From an uncultured Candidatus Peribacteria bacterium (GTDB taxonomy: Bacteria; Patescibacteriota; Gracilibacteria; Peribacterales; Peribacteraceae): 64,000 nucleotides of DNA. Shown here one piece after another: positions 1 to 9,641 of this stretch (the first letter of the stretch is position 1; each line of letters begins with the position of its first letter). The stretch is taken from positions 16,402 to 80,401 of the forward strand of contig CAZNPE010000005.1 of NCBI GenBank assembly GCA_964575275.1, in the 5' to 3' direction. The notes under the pieces are model-generated. The model worked only from the letters and a program-made list of their open reading frames with translations, made no database searches and was not told the origin of the DNA. The translations under genes and the position numbers were made by a program.

Positions 1-858
1 ACGGATACGTGCGAGTGCCTTCTCTTTTACTTCTGGCTGTGAAGAAAGAAGATCCTTGTACCACTTATAGGGAATGCGAACATTCTTGTAAATACTCATG
101 AGCGACGGGATGTCTGCAGCTGTTGGCACAAGCAAGCGATTTTTCCACTTCTCCCACCCTGCGATTTCGGACTGCACAGTCCTACGATCTTCCCCACACA
201 ATCTTTGCAAACGAATGAGCATACCGCTCAGAATTTCAGCAACCTGCTGTACCCGATTTGAACGGACATTCACACTGAATCCTTCTCGGCTATCGAGAAC
301 CTGAGGCGGCAATCCTTCGCGAAGGATCTCAAGTGCAATGTGATCATTATTTGCCTGATCGACAGCAAGTGCATCAGAGAGAGCACGCCACACCGTATTT
401 GTTGCAACCAATCTCTGAAAATCAAAACGAGCTGCGCTTATCTGTGCAAGAATTCTCTTTATTTCATCCTGGCGCAATCGATCACGCTCTTCTGCTGACA
501 AATGATGCTTATCGGCAATAAGTGCACCGACCAAAAGACCGACTGCGGCTGGCACTGGAACTGCTAGCTCCTCTTCATGAATGACAGGGTGACCACTGTG
601 TGCTGAGGTAGGAAATAATTCACGTGTGCGAAAGTCCGGCTTCTCCTCTACCGCTCGCTCCGAATCCTCGACAATACGAAAGACAGCATCGGGGACCTGC
701 ATCAATTGACTGATATGCGGAGCAGGAGGCGTACGCAAAACAAGATCTAATCTTCTTCCAACAAGATCGAGCATTTCTGTATCCGCATCAGGTGGAATCT
801 CAGGTTTTGGAGTCTGATCGTCGGGTGCCGGTGACTTATCAGGAGTGCTGCTAGACAT
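1..858 (-). CDS. hypothetical protein; the 3' end of the gene runs off the window (286 codons visible)
   Basis: Manual reverse translation: ATG at 858-856 (MSSSTPDKSPAPDDQTPKPE...) and the frame stays open to position 1. It is absent from the ORF track because there is no stop inside the window. A TATAAT box lies on the minus strand at 884-879. Confidence 0.55.
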   Translation of the reverse strand, partial: MSSSTPDKSPAPDDQTPKPEIPPDADTEMLDLVGRRLDLVLRTPPAPHISQLMQVPDAVFRIVEDSERAVEEKPDFRTRELFPTSAHSGHPVIHEEELAVPVPAAVGLLVGALIADKHHLSAEERDRLRQDEIKRILAQISAARFDFQRLVATNTVWRALSDALAVDQANNDHIALEILREGLPPQVLDSREGFSVNVRSNRVQQVAEILSGMLIRLQRLCGEDRRTVQSEIAGWEKWKNRLLVPTAADIPSLMSIYKNVRIPYKWYKDLLSSQPEVKEKALARIR

Positions 859-1306
859 GGGCACGGTAAATTTGTGTAATTATACAAAAAGTACCGGGGC
901 GGCGCAAATTAGCAGCCTTCACGACGAAAGACAATACAGCCTTAATTTAGGCAGCCTGATCGTCAGAGTGTGCGTCGACGGTTGCAGATTGACGAACTGC
1001 ATCAACCGCACCAGCAACGTTTGCCACCAACTTCCTGCCTTCATCAGTCTTGCTCAATCGTTCAACAACGCCACGTCCAAACACACTCAGGAGGAAATGG
1101 ACGGTTGCATCAACAAGCGTATGTTTGGATTCCACCCCTCGCCCCGATGCATCGAGTGTATCTGGACGGAAGGGATCGCCACCTGTGTCTGGTGCAAGAA
1201 TCATAGCCACAACACTTTAGCAATTTTCTGCAATATGTCAAGAATTTCGCCCAAAATAATTGTTCGTTTTAAAGAGAGATGGTTCCTAGTCTATACTCCT
1301 CCCCGC

Positions 1307-4300
1307 ATGTTTGACCCCGTCGACCCCAATCAATCACTCCCCGATTTAGAATTGGGAATCCTCAAGTACTGGCGCGAAGAAGATACGTTCAAGCGATCCC
1401 TGAAGCATCGTGAGAAAAACGAAGTCTTCAGCTTCTACGATGGACCACCATTTGCGACAGGTCTTCCACACTACGGTCACCTCCTCGCAGGAACGATCAA
1501 AGACGTCATCCCTCGCTACCAAACCATGCGCGGGAAATATGTTCGTCGTCGCTTCGGTTGGGACTGTCACGGACTGCCGGTAGAAAATGAAATCGAGAAG
1601 GAGAAGAAACTTTCCAGTAAGAAAGATATTGAGGCGCTCGGGATTGCCAACTTCAACGCGCTCTGTCGCGGCGCTGTGCAGCGCTACGCAAAAGAGTGGC
1701 GCACGACTGTCGAACGCATGGGTCGTTGGGTGGATATGGACCACGACTACCGCACGATGGATCCGGACTACATGGAAAGTATCTGGTGGGTGTTCAAGCA
1801 ACTCTACGATCGCAAGTTGATCTACGAAGGACACAAGCCGATGCACGTGTGTCCACGCTGTCAGACTCCGCTCTCGAACTTCGAAGTCACACAAGGCTAC
1901 AAAGATATTCAAGACTTCTCGATCACCGCGATGTTTGAGCTTACTGAGACGAGAGATGAGAGACATGAGACAAGAGAAGAGAAATCCAAACCCTCACGTC
2001 TCAAGTCTCACGTCTCAAGTCTGGCCAAAGGAAAAACGTATGCGCTTGCTTGGACAACGACTGGATGGACGCTGCCAGGCAACATGTTCCTCGCGGTTCA
2101 CCCGGATGTTGACTATGTGACGGTCGACGCCGATGGTGCGAAGTACATTGTTGCAAAAGACTTGGCCGAATCAGTCTTCAAAGGAAAAGAATTCAAGATT
2201 GTCGATGAGTGCAAAGGAAAGAAGCTTCTCGGCAAAACGTACAAGCCGCTCTTCCCCTACTACGAAGAGAAATATACGGAGAAAGCATTCCGCATTGTGG
2301 AAGGTGACTTCGTCACAACGACAGACGGTACCGGCATCGTGCACATCGCAACCGGTTATGGCGAAGACGACTTCATGGTTGGTCAGCGTGAGAAGGTTGG
2401 CGTCGTGCAGCACGTCGATATCGATGGAACTTTTAAGAAGGAGATCACCGACTTCGCTGGAAAATCTGCCAAGCCGAAAGATGATCACCAGAGCGGCGAC
2501 AAGATGATCGCCAAATGGTTGAAAGATAAAGGAAAGCTCTTCAAGGCCGAGAGCTTCATGCACACGTACCCACACTGTTGGCGTTGCGACTCGCCTCTCC
2601 TCAACTACGCCACAAGTTCGTGGTTCGTGGCGGTCGAAAAAATCAAAGACAAGATGGTCGCAGCCAATAAGAAAACAACGTGGGTGCCAGACCACCTGCG
2701 TGATGGTCGTTTCGGAAAATGGTTGGAAGGCGCTCGTGACTGGGCGATCTCTCGTAACCGTTTCTGGGGAACGCCACTGCCAATCTGGCGCAACACGATG
2801 ACAGGCGACATCGAAGTGATTGGTTCACGTGACGAACTCATGAAGAATTCGAAGCAACGCTTCACGAAGATTTACGTCGCGCGTCACGCCGAAAGCCAAG
2901 GCAACGTCGACCGCATCTATCAGGGCAAAGAGCCAGGAACTGATTTGACTGCTCGTGGCGCCAAGATGGCTGAAGATCTGGGACAGAAAGTGCTTGGTGG
3001 TTCTAAGGAACTTCCTGTCGTTGCTATCTACTGCTCCCCACTCCAACGCACGCGTCAGACAGCTGCGGCAATCGCAGCAGCAACAGGTGCACCAATCACC
3101 GTGGATCCACGATTGAAAGAAGTAGAATTCGGTGAGTACGAAGGAAAGCACATCGATTTCGATGACCTCACGTTTGTCCGTGAGCGTCGTGCGCACAAGC
3201 TGGAAACAGGACAGATTGAGAGTGTGTACCACTTCCAAGGAATGGAAACGTGGAACTCTACACAGCTACGCATGAGCGACTTCTTCAAAGATGTATTGGA
3301 GAAGCATAAAGGCCAGTCCATCGCGATCGTGACACACGCCGACCTCGTGATGAATGCGGTGCACTTCTTCACTGGTGAAGATCCACACAAAATTGTGCAT
3401 CAGCCGTACCCAGAACTCGCGTCACTCCGCACGTTCTACTGGGATCACGAAACGAAGTCCCAGATGGATCTTCATAAGGAAACTGTCGATGAGCTCGTGT
3501 GGAAAAATTCATCCAAGCACGCAGTAGAGCTCACGCTGGTGCGCCACGGTGAAACAGATTTCAATAAACAGGGCATCGTCCAGGGCTCCAACATCGACAT
3601 GGTGCTCAATAAAGTCGGCAAAGAGCAGGCGAAGAAGACAGGGCAAGAACTGAAGACAAAGAAATTTGATGTCATCGTGACATCTGACCTCAAGCGTGCA
3701 AAAGAAACAGCAAAGATCATCGCCAAAGAACTTGGCATGAAGATCGATGCCGAGAGCGAGCTCCTCCGCGAACGAAATACCGGCGACTGGAGTGGCAAGA
3801 GCGCCGATGACGTTCGTGCCGAAAACAAGCTCAAGGCCAAGTGGGGCATTGCATTCGCAAAAGCCACACCACCCAATGGCGAATCGTTCGATCAATTCGT
3901 TGCTCGTGCTCGTCGTGCTCACGACTGGCTCCTGAAAGAATATCCAGGCAAGAAAGTGCTCGTGGTTGCTCATGGCGGCTTCCTGAAGGCAATGCTCTAC
4001 ATCACGCAGCAGAAGACCTACATGGAAGCGACAGAATATGAGCCGAAGAATGCCGCAGCAGTGGAGATGACGATCGCGCCACAGATGCGCAGAATTGAAG
4101 AAGTGTTGGACTGTTGGTTTGAGTCTGGCTCCATGCCATATGCGCAGGAACACTATCCGTTCGAAGGTCAGGGTGCAGTGCCACCACACTTCCCTGCCGA
4201 CTTCATCGCCGAAGGATTAGACCAAACTCGCGGCTGGTTCTACACGCTCATGGTCTTGAGCTCCGCGCTCTACGACTGCCCTGCGTTCAAGCACTGTGTG

Positions 4301-5632
4301 GTGAACGGTACTGTTCTCGCCGAAGACGGAAAGAAAATGAGTAAGCGACTCAAGAACTACCCCGAGCCAACCGAGATCGTGAAGAAGTACGGCGCCGATG
4401 CTGTGCGCTTCGCACTCATGAGTTCGCCTGCCGTCCGCGCCGAAGACCTCCGCTTCTCCGAGAAATTTGTGTCCGAGTCTGTGCGCTCGGTACTCCTCCC
4501 GCTCTGGAATGCGTATCGCCTCTTTGTCACGTACGCCAACGCTGCCGATTGGAAGCCATCACTCGATTTTGCGCTGAAGAATGCCAAATCCCCTCACCTC
4601 TTGGATCGCTGGATCGTGTGTAAGACACAAGAACTCGTGAACAAAATGACGAAGGAATTGGAAGGCTACGATCTCTCCGCCACCTGCGCTGAGCTCGCTG
4701 CGTCCATCGATGACCTCACCAACTGGTACGTGCGCTTGAGCCGCCGCCGTCTCGCCGGAAAAGAAGAAGGTACGAACGACGCATTCGACACGCTCTACCG
4801 TGTCATCGTCACCAACTGTCAGCTCCTCGCACCATTCTGTCCGTTCATCACCGAGGCGATCTACATGAACTTAGTCGGCGAAGATCACGACAGTATCCAC
4901 TTCACCGAGTGGCCAAAGACATCCGAGCTCACTGCAGAGGACAAGAAAGTGCTCTCGCTCATGGATAACACGCGCACGGTCGTCACACTGGGCCTCTCAC
5001 TCCGCAGTGGCGCCAAGATCCGCGTCCGTCAGCCGCTTTCCACCGTTACCTTCGCACTCCCACCATCCGACACCGTCGGCGTCCTCACCGATCTTATCGA
5101 GGAGGAACTCAACGTGAAGAAGGTGAATAAGACGAGCGATGCTCACTCGCTGGCGAGTGCCATCGTGCAGGTGGACGCGCGCAAAGTCGGTCCGCGTTTG
5201 GGCAAGAAGGTGCAGGATGTCATCAAGGCTGGTAAGGCAGGTTCCTACGAAGAGAAAGACGGAAAGATCGTCATCTTGGGTGAGGAATTCTCTGCAGAGG
5301 AAGCCAAGATCGTGTATCAGAGCAAGGAAGGCCAAACAGTCGCCGCCGACCATGGCATCGTAGTGAGCCTTGATACAACAGTGACTGATGAACTCGTGCT
5401 GGAGGCCCAAGCCCGCGAACTGATCCACGCCATTCAACAGCTCCGCAAAGATGCAGGACTTGAGTTCACAGATACCATCACACTCTCGCTCTCTGGAGCA
5501 GAGAAGATTATGGAAGTGCACAGAGAATTGATTTTGGAGGAGACACGAGCGGTGCTTGGAGATGCAAGCGGCGACTCGCAGACTGTCGATCTTGGCGGAG
5601 CGGACGTTGGGATTCGATTCAAGAAAAACTAG
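1307..5632 (+). CDS. ileS: isoleucine--tRNA ligase, type 2 (archaeal/eukaryote-like), carrying about 400 extra residues
   Basis: Motifs seen: MFDPVDPNQSLPDLELGILKYWREEDTF, HIGH-type PHYGHLLAG (~1467), WAISRNRFWGTPLPIW, CWFESGSMPYAQEHYPF, DQTRGWFYTL, KMSKRLKNYPEP (~4334). Similarity begins at ATG 1307; the ORF-track start at 845 is an upstream GTG. The gene ends in tandem in-frame stops TAG TAG TAA. Confidence 0.9.
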   Translation: MFDPVDPNQSLPDLELGILKYWREEDTFKRSLKHREKNEVFSFYDGPPFATGLPHYGHLLAGTIKDVIPRYQTMRGKYVRRRFGWDCHGLPVENEIEKEKKLSSKKDIEALGIANFNALCRGAVQRYAKEWRTTVERMGRWVDMDHDYRTMDPDYMESIWWVFKQLYDRKLIYEGHKPMHVCPRCQTPLSNFEVTQGYKDIQDFSITAMFELTETRDERHETREEKSKPSRLKSHVSSLAKGKTYALAWTTTGWTLPGNMFLAVHPDVDYVTVDADGAKYIVAKDLAESVFKGKEFKIVDECKGKKLLGKTYKPLFPYYEEKYTEKAFRIVEGDFVTTTDGTGIVHIATGYGEDDFMVGQREKVGVVQHVDIDGTFKKEITDFAGKSAKPKDDHQSGDKMIAKWLKDKGKLFKAESFMHTYPHCWRCDSPLLNYATSSWFVAVEKIKDKMVAANKKTTWVPDHLRDGRFGKWLEGARDWAISRNRFWGTPLPIWRNTMTGDIEVIGSRDELMKNSKQRFTKIYVARHAESQGNVDRIYQGKEPGTDLTARGAKMAEDLGQKVLGGSKELPVVAIYCSPLQRTRQTAAAIAAATGAPITVDPRLKEVEFGEYEGKHIDFDDLTFVRERRAHKLETGQIESVYHFQGMETWNSTQLRMSDFFKDVLEKHKGQSIAIVTHADLVMNAVHFFTGEDPHKIVHQPYPELASLRTFYWDHETKSQMDLHKETVDELVWKNSSKHAVELTLVRHGETDFNKQGIVQGSNIDMVLNKVGKEQAKKTGQELKTKKFDVIVTSDLKRAKETAKIIAKELGMKIDAESELLRERNTGDWSGKSADDVRAENKLKAKWGIAFAKATPPNGESFDQFVARARRAHDWLLKEYPGKKVLVVAHGGFLKAMLYITQQKTYMEATEYEPKNAAAVEMTIAPQMRRIEEVLDCWFESGSMPYAQEHYPFEGQGAVPPHFPADFIAEGLDQTRGWFYTLMVLSSALYDCPAFKHCVVNGTVLAEDGKKMSKRLKNYPEPTEIVKKYGADAVRFALMSSPAVRAEDLRFSEKFVSESVRSVLLPLWNAYRLFVTYANAADWKPSLDFALKNAKSPHLLDRWIVCKTQELVNKMTKELEGYDLSATCAELAASIDDLTNWYVRLSRRRLAGKEEGTNDAFDTLYRVIVTNCQLLAPFCPFITEAIYMNLVGEDHDSIHFTEWPKTSELTAEDKKVLSLMDNTRTVVTLGLSLRSGAKIRVRQPLSTVTFALPPSDTVGVLTDLIEEELNVKKVNKTSDAHSLASAIVQVDARKVGPRLGKKVQDVIKAGKAGSYEEKDGKIVILGEEFSAEEAKIVYQSKEGQTVAADHGIVVSLDTTVTDELVLEAQARELIHAIQQLRKDAGLEFTDTITLSLSGAEKIMEVHRELILEETRAVLGDASGDSQTVDLGGADVGIRFKKN
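2858..3440 (+). other. histidine phosphatase (PGAM-like, branch 1) domain, insertion 1 inside ileS
   Basis: IYVARHAESQGN (RH catalytic pair), CSPLQRTRQTA, EVEFGEYEGK, IVTHADLV. It lies between the IleRS segments GSRDEL and DLHKETVDEL. Confidence 0.7.
3520..4075 (+). other. histidine phosphatase (PGAM-like) domain, insertion 2 inside ileS
   Basis: LTLVRHGETDFN, TSDLKRAKETA, ERNTGDWSGK, VVAHGGFL. It lies between DLHKETVDELVW and MRRIEEVLDCWFESG. Confidence 0.75.
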
Positions 5633-5761
5633 TAGTAAATTGAGAATTGATAATCCGACTTCGGCTTCGGCCTTTGCCGAGACGAGTTGAAAATGTAGAA
5701 TGAAAGGATCGAATATTGATTGCTTCGTAATTCTCAATTTTCCATTCTCAATTTTCAATTT

Positions 5762-6124
5762 ATGAAGCTCCTCCTCCGCATTGCCGCCAACTTCGCCATT
5801 GTGTACCTCCTGGACGTCTACTTTCCGCAGTACTTTGTGGTCTTCGGGGGAATTCCAGCGTTCATTATCTTGGCGCTTTTGCTGACGATCATGAACATGG
5901 CGCTGCGACCAATCCTCAACGCCATCGCGTTCCCCCTGCACTTCTTCGTGTCCATTCTGGCAACAATCCTCGTGAATGCAGCGTTTTTGTGGGTGACGTA
6001 TCGGGTGACATTGGCGATGGATCCTAACGTGATTGCCCTCACGATCGTGGGCGGTGTCGCAGGATGGTTTGTGGTCAGTACGATTTTGGGTGTGACGAAC
6101 TGGGTGTTGAAGAAGGTGTTGTGA
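5762..6124 (+). CDS. small multi-pass membrane protein, phage-holin-family-IV / YvlD (DUF360)-like
   Basis: MKLLLRIAANFAIVYLLD... with four hydrophobic helices. Length and pattern resemble the DUF360 family. ATG at 5762 is within ORF 5720-6124. Confidence 0.5.
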   Translation: MKLLLRIAANFAIVYLLDVYFPQYFVVFGGIPAFIILALLLTIMNMALRPILNAIAFPLHFFVSILATILVNAAFLWVTYRVTLAMDPNVIALTIVGGVAGWFVVSTILGVTNWVLKKVL

Positions 6125-6128
6125 GAAA

Positions 6129-8051
6129 TTAAATATTACTGAAGAATGAATCGGAAACCTCTGTAAGCATTTTATAGACGAAATCCAACGTTGGAGTTTC
6201 CTCGTAAATAAAATCCAAGATACCAAAACTCATTCTTTCAATTTTATAGTTTCCACCTTCAAAATTAAAAGTTCTCGGCGTCCACTCAATTGCATTGAAC
6301 TTTTCTGCCCTTTCTCCCCAAAGAACTTCGACTAAAGACCCTGTATTTTCTAGGCACGAAGTTATTACCATTTCGTATGAGGGTCCTAGCTGATCACCTC
6401 TATCATAGCTATCTTTAATATCACTAAACGTAAGAAATATTTTCTTATTCTTTAGCCATCCTGACAATCCAGGATTATTTTTTTCTACTATCCCTTTAAA
6501 GGTTTCGGGAAATTCTTTGAAAAGAATATCCAGATTTTTTCTTAATGCATCTGCAGAAAAAATCTCCCAAATCCAACCGCCTCTCGTCCCTAAACGTGAA
6601 AAATCTTTTAGAACAAAAGATCTATCGATGTGATGTATTTTTTGATTCTTCATAAATTCCAAGAATTCAATAAAGAGCCTGAAGGGGAGTTTAGAATTAT
6701 AAAGTGGCCAATTTGGCGGTGTTAAATTTGCAAAATTTTCTTTAATTTTTTGGGATAAATCTTTTGCAAGCTCTGTTGAACAATTCACAGTAAGAAGAAA
6801 ATCTGGGTCAATTTTTACTTGCTTGTCCCAAATTTCCTTTGTCATAAGCGATGGCAATGGACTTTTGCTATTTTTTTCGTGATTCATTCTTAATTCCACC
6901 CACCACTGCAAATGATGGTTGAAAGCATGGTCAATTTGCTTAATTGAATATTTGGATTGCCGTGGCTCTAGACCTAGTTGTATATGAAGTCTATCAATCA
7001 CTGCAAAAAGGTACTCGGATGCCAAGAAACTGCTGACGCCGTGTTGTAATTTTCTTTCCTCAAGAACTTTTGTAAATTGGTTCTTAACAATTTCTTCTGC
7101 GTATTTTTCCGCATTATTCTCAATTGGATTTTCTTGTAAATGGAGGGTAAAAAATGCAATTCTTCGGATACTACCTTTATCAAATTCTTCTACTTTTTTA
7201 ATAAGCACTTCATTCTCATCCTCTTTCACAGGAAACAATAAATAATGAAGCTCGGAAGCTGTGTACTTGGAATAGGCTAATCCAATTTTCCATGCGTCTA
7301 AATACAGTCTTTTTTTAACAATTGGAAACTCTCGATCCAGCAAACTATTAATTCTATCTAGAAAACGATGAATTTTTTTAATGACAGTTTTATCATGAGA
7401 TACTTTTACTTTGTTATTTATTAGAGTGGAGGGGGCTATCGTCAATTTCTTCTCGTGATTTTGCCATTTTTCTTTACCAAGTCTCGCAATCCTAAGAACG
7501 AACTCTTTAACTTCTTCTATAGCAATGGGCTTAAAAGGTTGCTGAGGGAAAAATTTGCTCCAAACTTGTTCCCCTAAAATTGCAAAAATTTTTCGAAACT
7601 CCAAGTTTGATGCATCCCAAATTTCTATATGAAAACTGAAATTGGTGTTGTTTCTAAAAAGTCGATCTCCTTTATCATTTAAAGGTCTTTCAGGTGCAAA
7701 AATAATCCATGTTTCTACTGTCTTGCATTGCTGTTGTAATTCAAGAGCTTTGGATGATAGCTCAGTGTCTTTAACTGCCTTAGTAGTAACACCCTCCTTC
7801 GCCTTAGATTCAAGCGCCCAAATGAATCTTTCTTCCTGCAGAGATTTAGCCAATTGCCCTGCCTGATTTGTTGCTATTGGAATTCTTATTTTAAACTCGA
7901 TTGGCTGAAAATCCGTGATATCTCCTACTCGCGAGGCAGATGGCCTAAAGGTGCATACTTCGAATCCTGCAGCAGAGAGAATCTTTGGAAAATACATCTT
8001 CAGTAAATTTTCCAAGTTATCGCCTCTTCTTAAAGTTTTTTTAATAGGCAT
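6129..8051 (-). CDS. hypothetical 640-aa protein encoded by a markedly AT-rich gene; possible N-terminal PD-(D/E)xK (Mrr-like) nuclease fold
   Basis: Uninterrupted 640-codon ORF. N-terminus: GDNLENLLKMYFPKILSAAGFEV ... GDITDF ... IWALESKAK ... ETWIIFAPE, a D...ExK-type spacing. No recognisable motifs in the remaining roughly 450 aa. Confidence 0.6.
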   Translation of the reverse strand: MPIKKTLRRGDNLENLLKMYFPKILSAAGFEVCTFRPSASRVGDITDFQPIEFKIRIPIATNQAGQLAKSLQEERFIWALESKAKEGVTTKAVKDTELSSKALELQQQCKTVETWIIFAPERPLNDKGDRLFRNNTNFSFHIEIWDASNLEFRKIFAILGEQVWSKFFPQQPFKPIAIEEVKEFVLRIARLGKEKWQNHEKKLTIAPSTLINNKVKVSHDKTVIKKIHRFLDRINSLLDREFPIVKKRLYLDAWKIGLAYSKYTASELHYLLFPVKEDENEVLIKKVEEFDKGSIRRIAFFTLHLQENPIENNAEKYAEEIVKNQFTKVLEERKLQHGVSSFLASEYLFAVIDRLHIQLGLEPRQSKYSIKQIDHAFNHHLQWWVELRMNHEKNSKSPLPSLMTKEIWDKQVKIDPDFLLTVNCSTELAKDLSQKIKENFANLTPPNWPLYNSKLPFRLFIEFLEFMKNQKIHHIDRSFVLKDFSRLGTRGGWIWEIFSADALRKNLDILFKEFPETFKGIVEKNNPGLSGWLKNKKIFLTFSDIKDSYDRGDQLGPSYEMVITSCLENTGSLVEVLWGERAEKFNAIEWTPRTFNFEGGNYKIERMSFGILDFIYEETPTLDFVYKMLTEVSDSFFSNI

Positions 8052-8134
8052 TCAGCAATTAACCTTAAATTTTTTACTACAAATAATCAACTATTATCGC
8101 ACTCAACAAGCAGGCACGCTACAATCCCAACCCT

Positions 8135-8884
8135 ATGAAGAAGATCCCCTCCTCCATCTTTTGGTTCATCGTTTCTGTCGCAGTTGTTGTGGCGGTTTTC
8201 ATCGCCAATCATCAGATCAAAGCGAATAACCAGAAGGCGAAAGATGATTTCGAACTCGCAAATAGGACATGGACAGGTTCGGTGGAACCACAAGTCACGT
8301 ACGTATCTCCAGAAGTTGAACTCGCGGAACGAATCAAGGTAGGAGCGCCAATCACGGATCGGAATGTGAAGATCGCAAAAGATTTTACGTACACGACAAA
8401 GCCAGCTGACTTCATCGAATATTGTGACAAAAGCTTAGGCTTCTGCTTCTCGTACCCCAAGCGCTGGGGAACATTCACCGTGAAGCGCGATAATGTTATT
8501 TGTGAACAAGAAGCATACATTGATGTCTTAGGCGAGTTTTCCAATGCGCAGGTCAGCGCAGATGTTGCTTTTGTCACGACTACACAAAAAGAAAAATGTG
8601 AAGTGCTCGGCAACGATTTTGGTATCAGCGATCCATTCCGTAGCCTCTCCGATGCGGATCAGATCTTGCAGGTTGGAAATACGAATGAAGAAGTCGGTCT
8701 CTGGCTGAAGGGCGAGAGCACGATGTTCTTCTACTATGCGTCGTATATGGCACTGACGGCTCCAACGAGTGATCCACTCTATGGCCGCATGAACTTCATT
8801 TTCCGCGATATGCAAGCGCCGGAAACAGCAAAGCAGGATATCGAGGATTTCGTCGCAATGGCACATACGTTCCGGTTACTGTAA
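8135..8884 (+). CDS. hypothetical membrane-anchored or secreted protein
   Basis: N-terminal hydrophobic helix MKKIPSSIFWFIVSVAVVVAVFIA; 249-aa ORF. Confidence 0.6.
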   Translation: MKKIPSSIFWFIVSVAVVVAVFIANHQIKANNQKAKDDFELANRTWTGSVEPQVTYVSPEVELAERIKVGAPITDRNVKIAKDFTYTTKPADFIEYCDKSLGFCFSYPKRWGTFTVKRDNVICEQEAYIDVLGEFSNAQVSADVAFVTTTQKEKCEVLGNDFGISDPFRSLSDADQILQVGNTNEEVGLWLKGESTMFFYYASYMALTAPTSDPLYGRMNFIFRDMQAPETAKQDIEDFVAMAHTFRLL

Positions 8885-8895
8885 TTTTTTGCACT

Positions 8896-9612
8896 ATGAA
8901 GAAACTCCTTCAGTTTGTTTCACTCGTACTTTTTGCTGGGTGCGCTCCAGGTCAGCAAATCGCCACTCCTGTTCCTGAAGAGGTTGTAGTGCATCAACTA
9001 TCCGCAACATCCGAGGTGCGCTCTGTTGATACTGATCTGAACGAATACCTAAATCATGCACTTGGCGTTTCCATCAAATTCCCAAAGCGAATCTTAGAAA
9101 ATCCGTATGGAGTGAGTGCTACAACGGTTCCCGTAAAAATTATTGAGAACGGAGAGGTGATTACATTCTCTCGTGGATACGTTGTGGATCCCATGGCAAA
9201 CGAGGATGAAGTAGTCAAAATCCAGCAAGACTTCACGGTGCGTCATCCCTACTACAAGCCTCAATACTTGGACGACCTTCGTTATCCGTACCAAATCTAT
9301 CTCGCAAAGGCGGAAACCTTCGATGATGTGAAAGCGTTTGTCGAACGCGTGTACGGCGAAGGATGTACAGTGATTGAAGAGGAGGCTGCTGGGCACATCG
9401 ATCGTCCCGGTTACAAAGGCATGGTTGTCGAGGCCGCGAACAAGAATTGTGAAAATCCATACCATCTTGGTGACTATGTTCAGTGGTACAGCCTGCAGAA
9501 ATTTGTGTCTGCAAAACAGCCAGGATGGACGGGGAACTTCAAGATGAGACACTTACCTCTCATCGACGAAGATCCGTATTTTTATTTTGATGCTCTACCG
9601 ATTGCTGAGTAG
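8896..9612 (+). CDS. putative lipoprotein
   Basis: Signal peptide with lipobox MKKLLQFVSLVLFAGC; 12 nt downstream of the previous gene. Confidence 0.65.
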   Translation: MKKLLQFVSLVLFAGCAPGQQIATPVPEEVVVHQLSATSEVRSVDTDLNEYLNHALGVSIKFPKRILENPYGVSATTVPVKIIENGEVITFSRGYVVDPMANEDEVVKIQQDFTVRHPYYKPQYLDDLRYPYQIYLAKAETFDDVKAFVERVYGEGCTVIEEEAAGHIDRPGYKGMVVEAANKNCENPYHLGDYVQWYSLQKFVSAKQPGWTGNFKMRHLPLIDEDPYFYFDALPIAE

Positions 9613-9641
9613 GGCGGGCGCTGAAATGCTATAATCAACGC

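Noticed and set aside
947-1204. 85-aa minus-strand ORF (MILAPDTGGDPFRPDT...GAVDAVRQSATVDAHSDDQAA) between the partial gene and ileS.
   Set aside because: Its composition is protein-like and several frames are open here, so it could be real. However, there is no recognisable motif, RBS or homologue that I can cite. Left uncalled.
845-1306. N-terminal extension of ileS in the ORF track (GTG start at 845; 154 extra codons).
   Set aside because: IleRS similarity begins exactly at the ATG at 1307 (MFDPVDPNQSLPDLELGILKYW). The upstream part is Cys-rich and unlike protein sequence, and it lies in the divergent promoter region.
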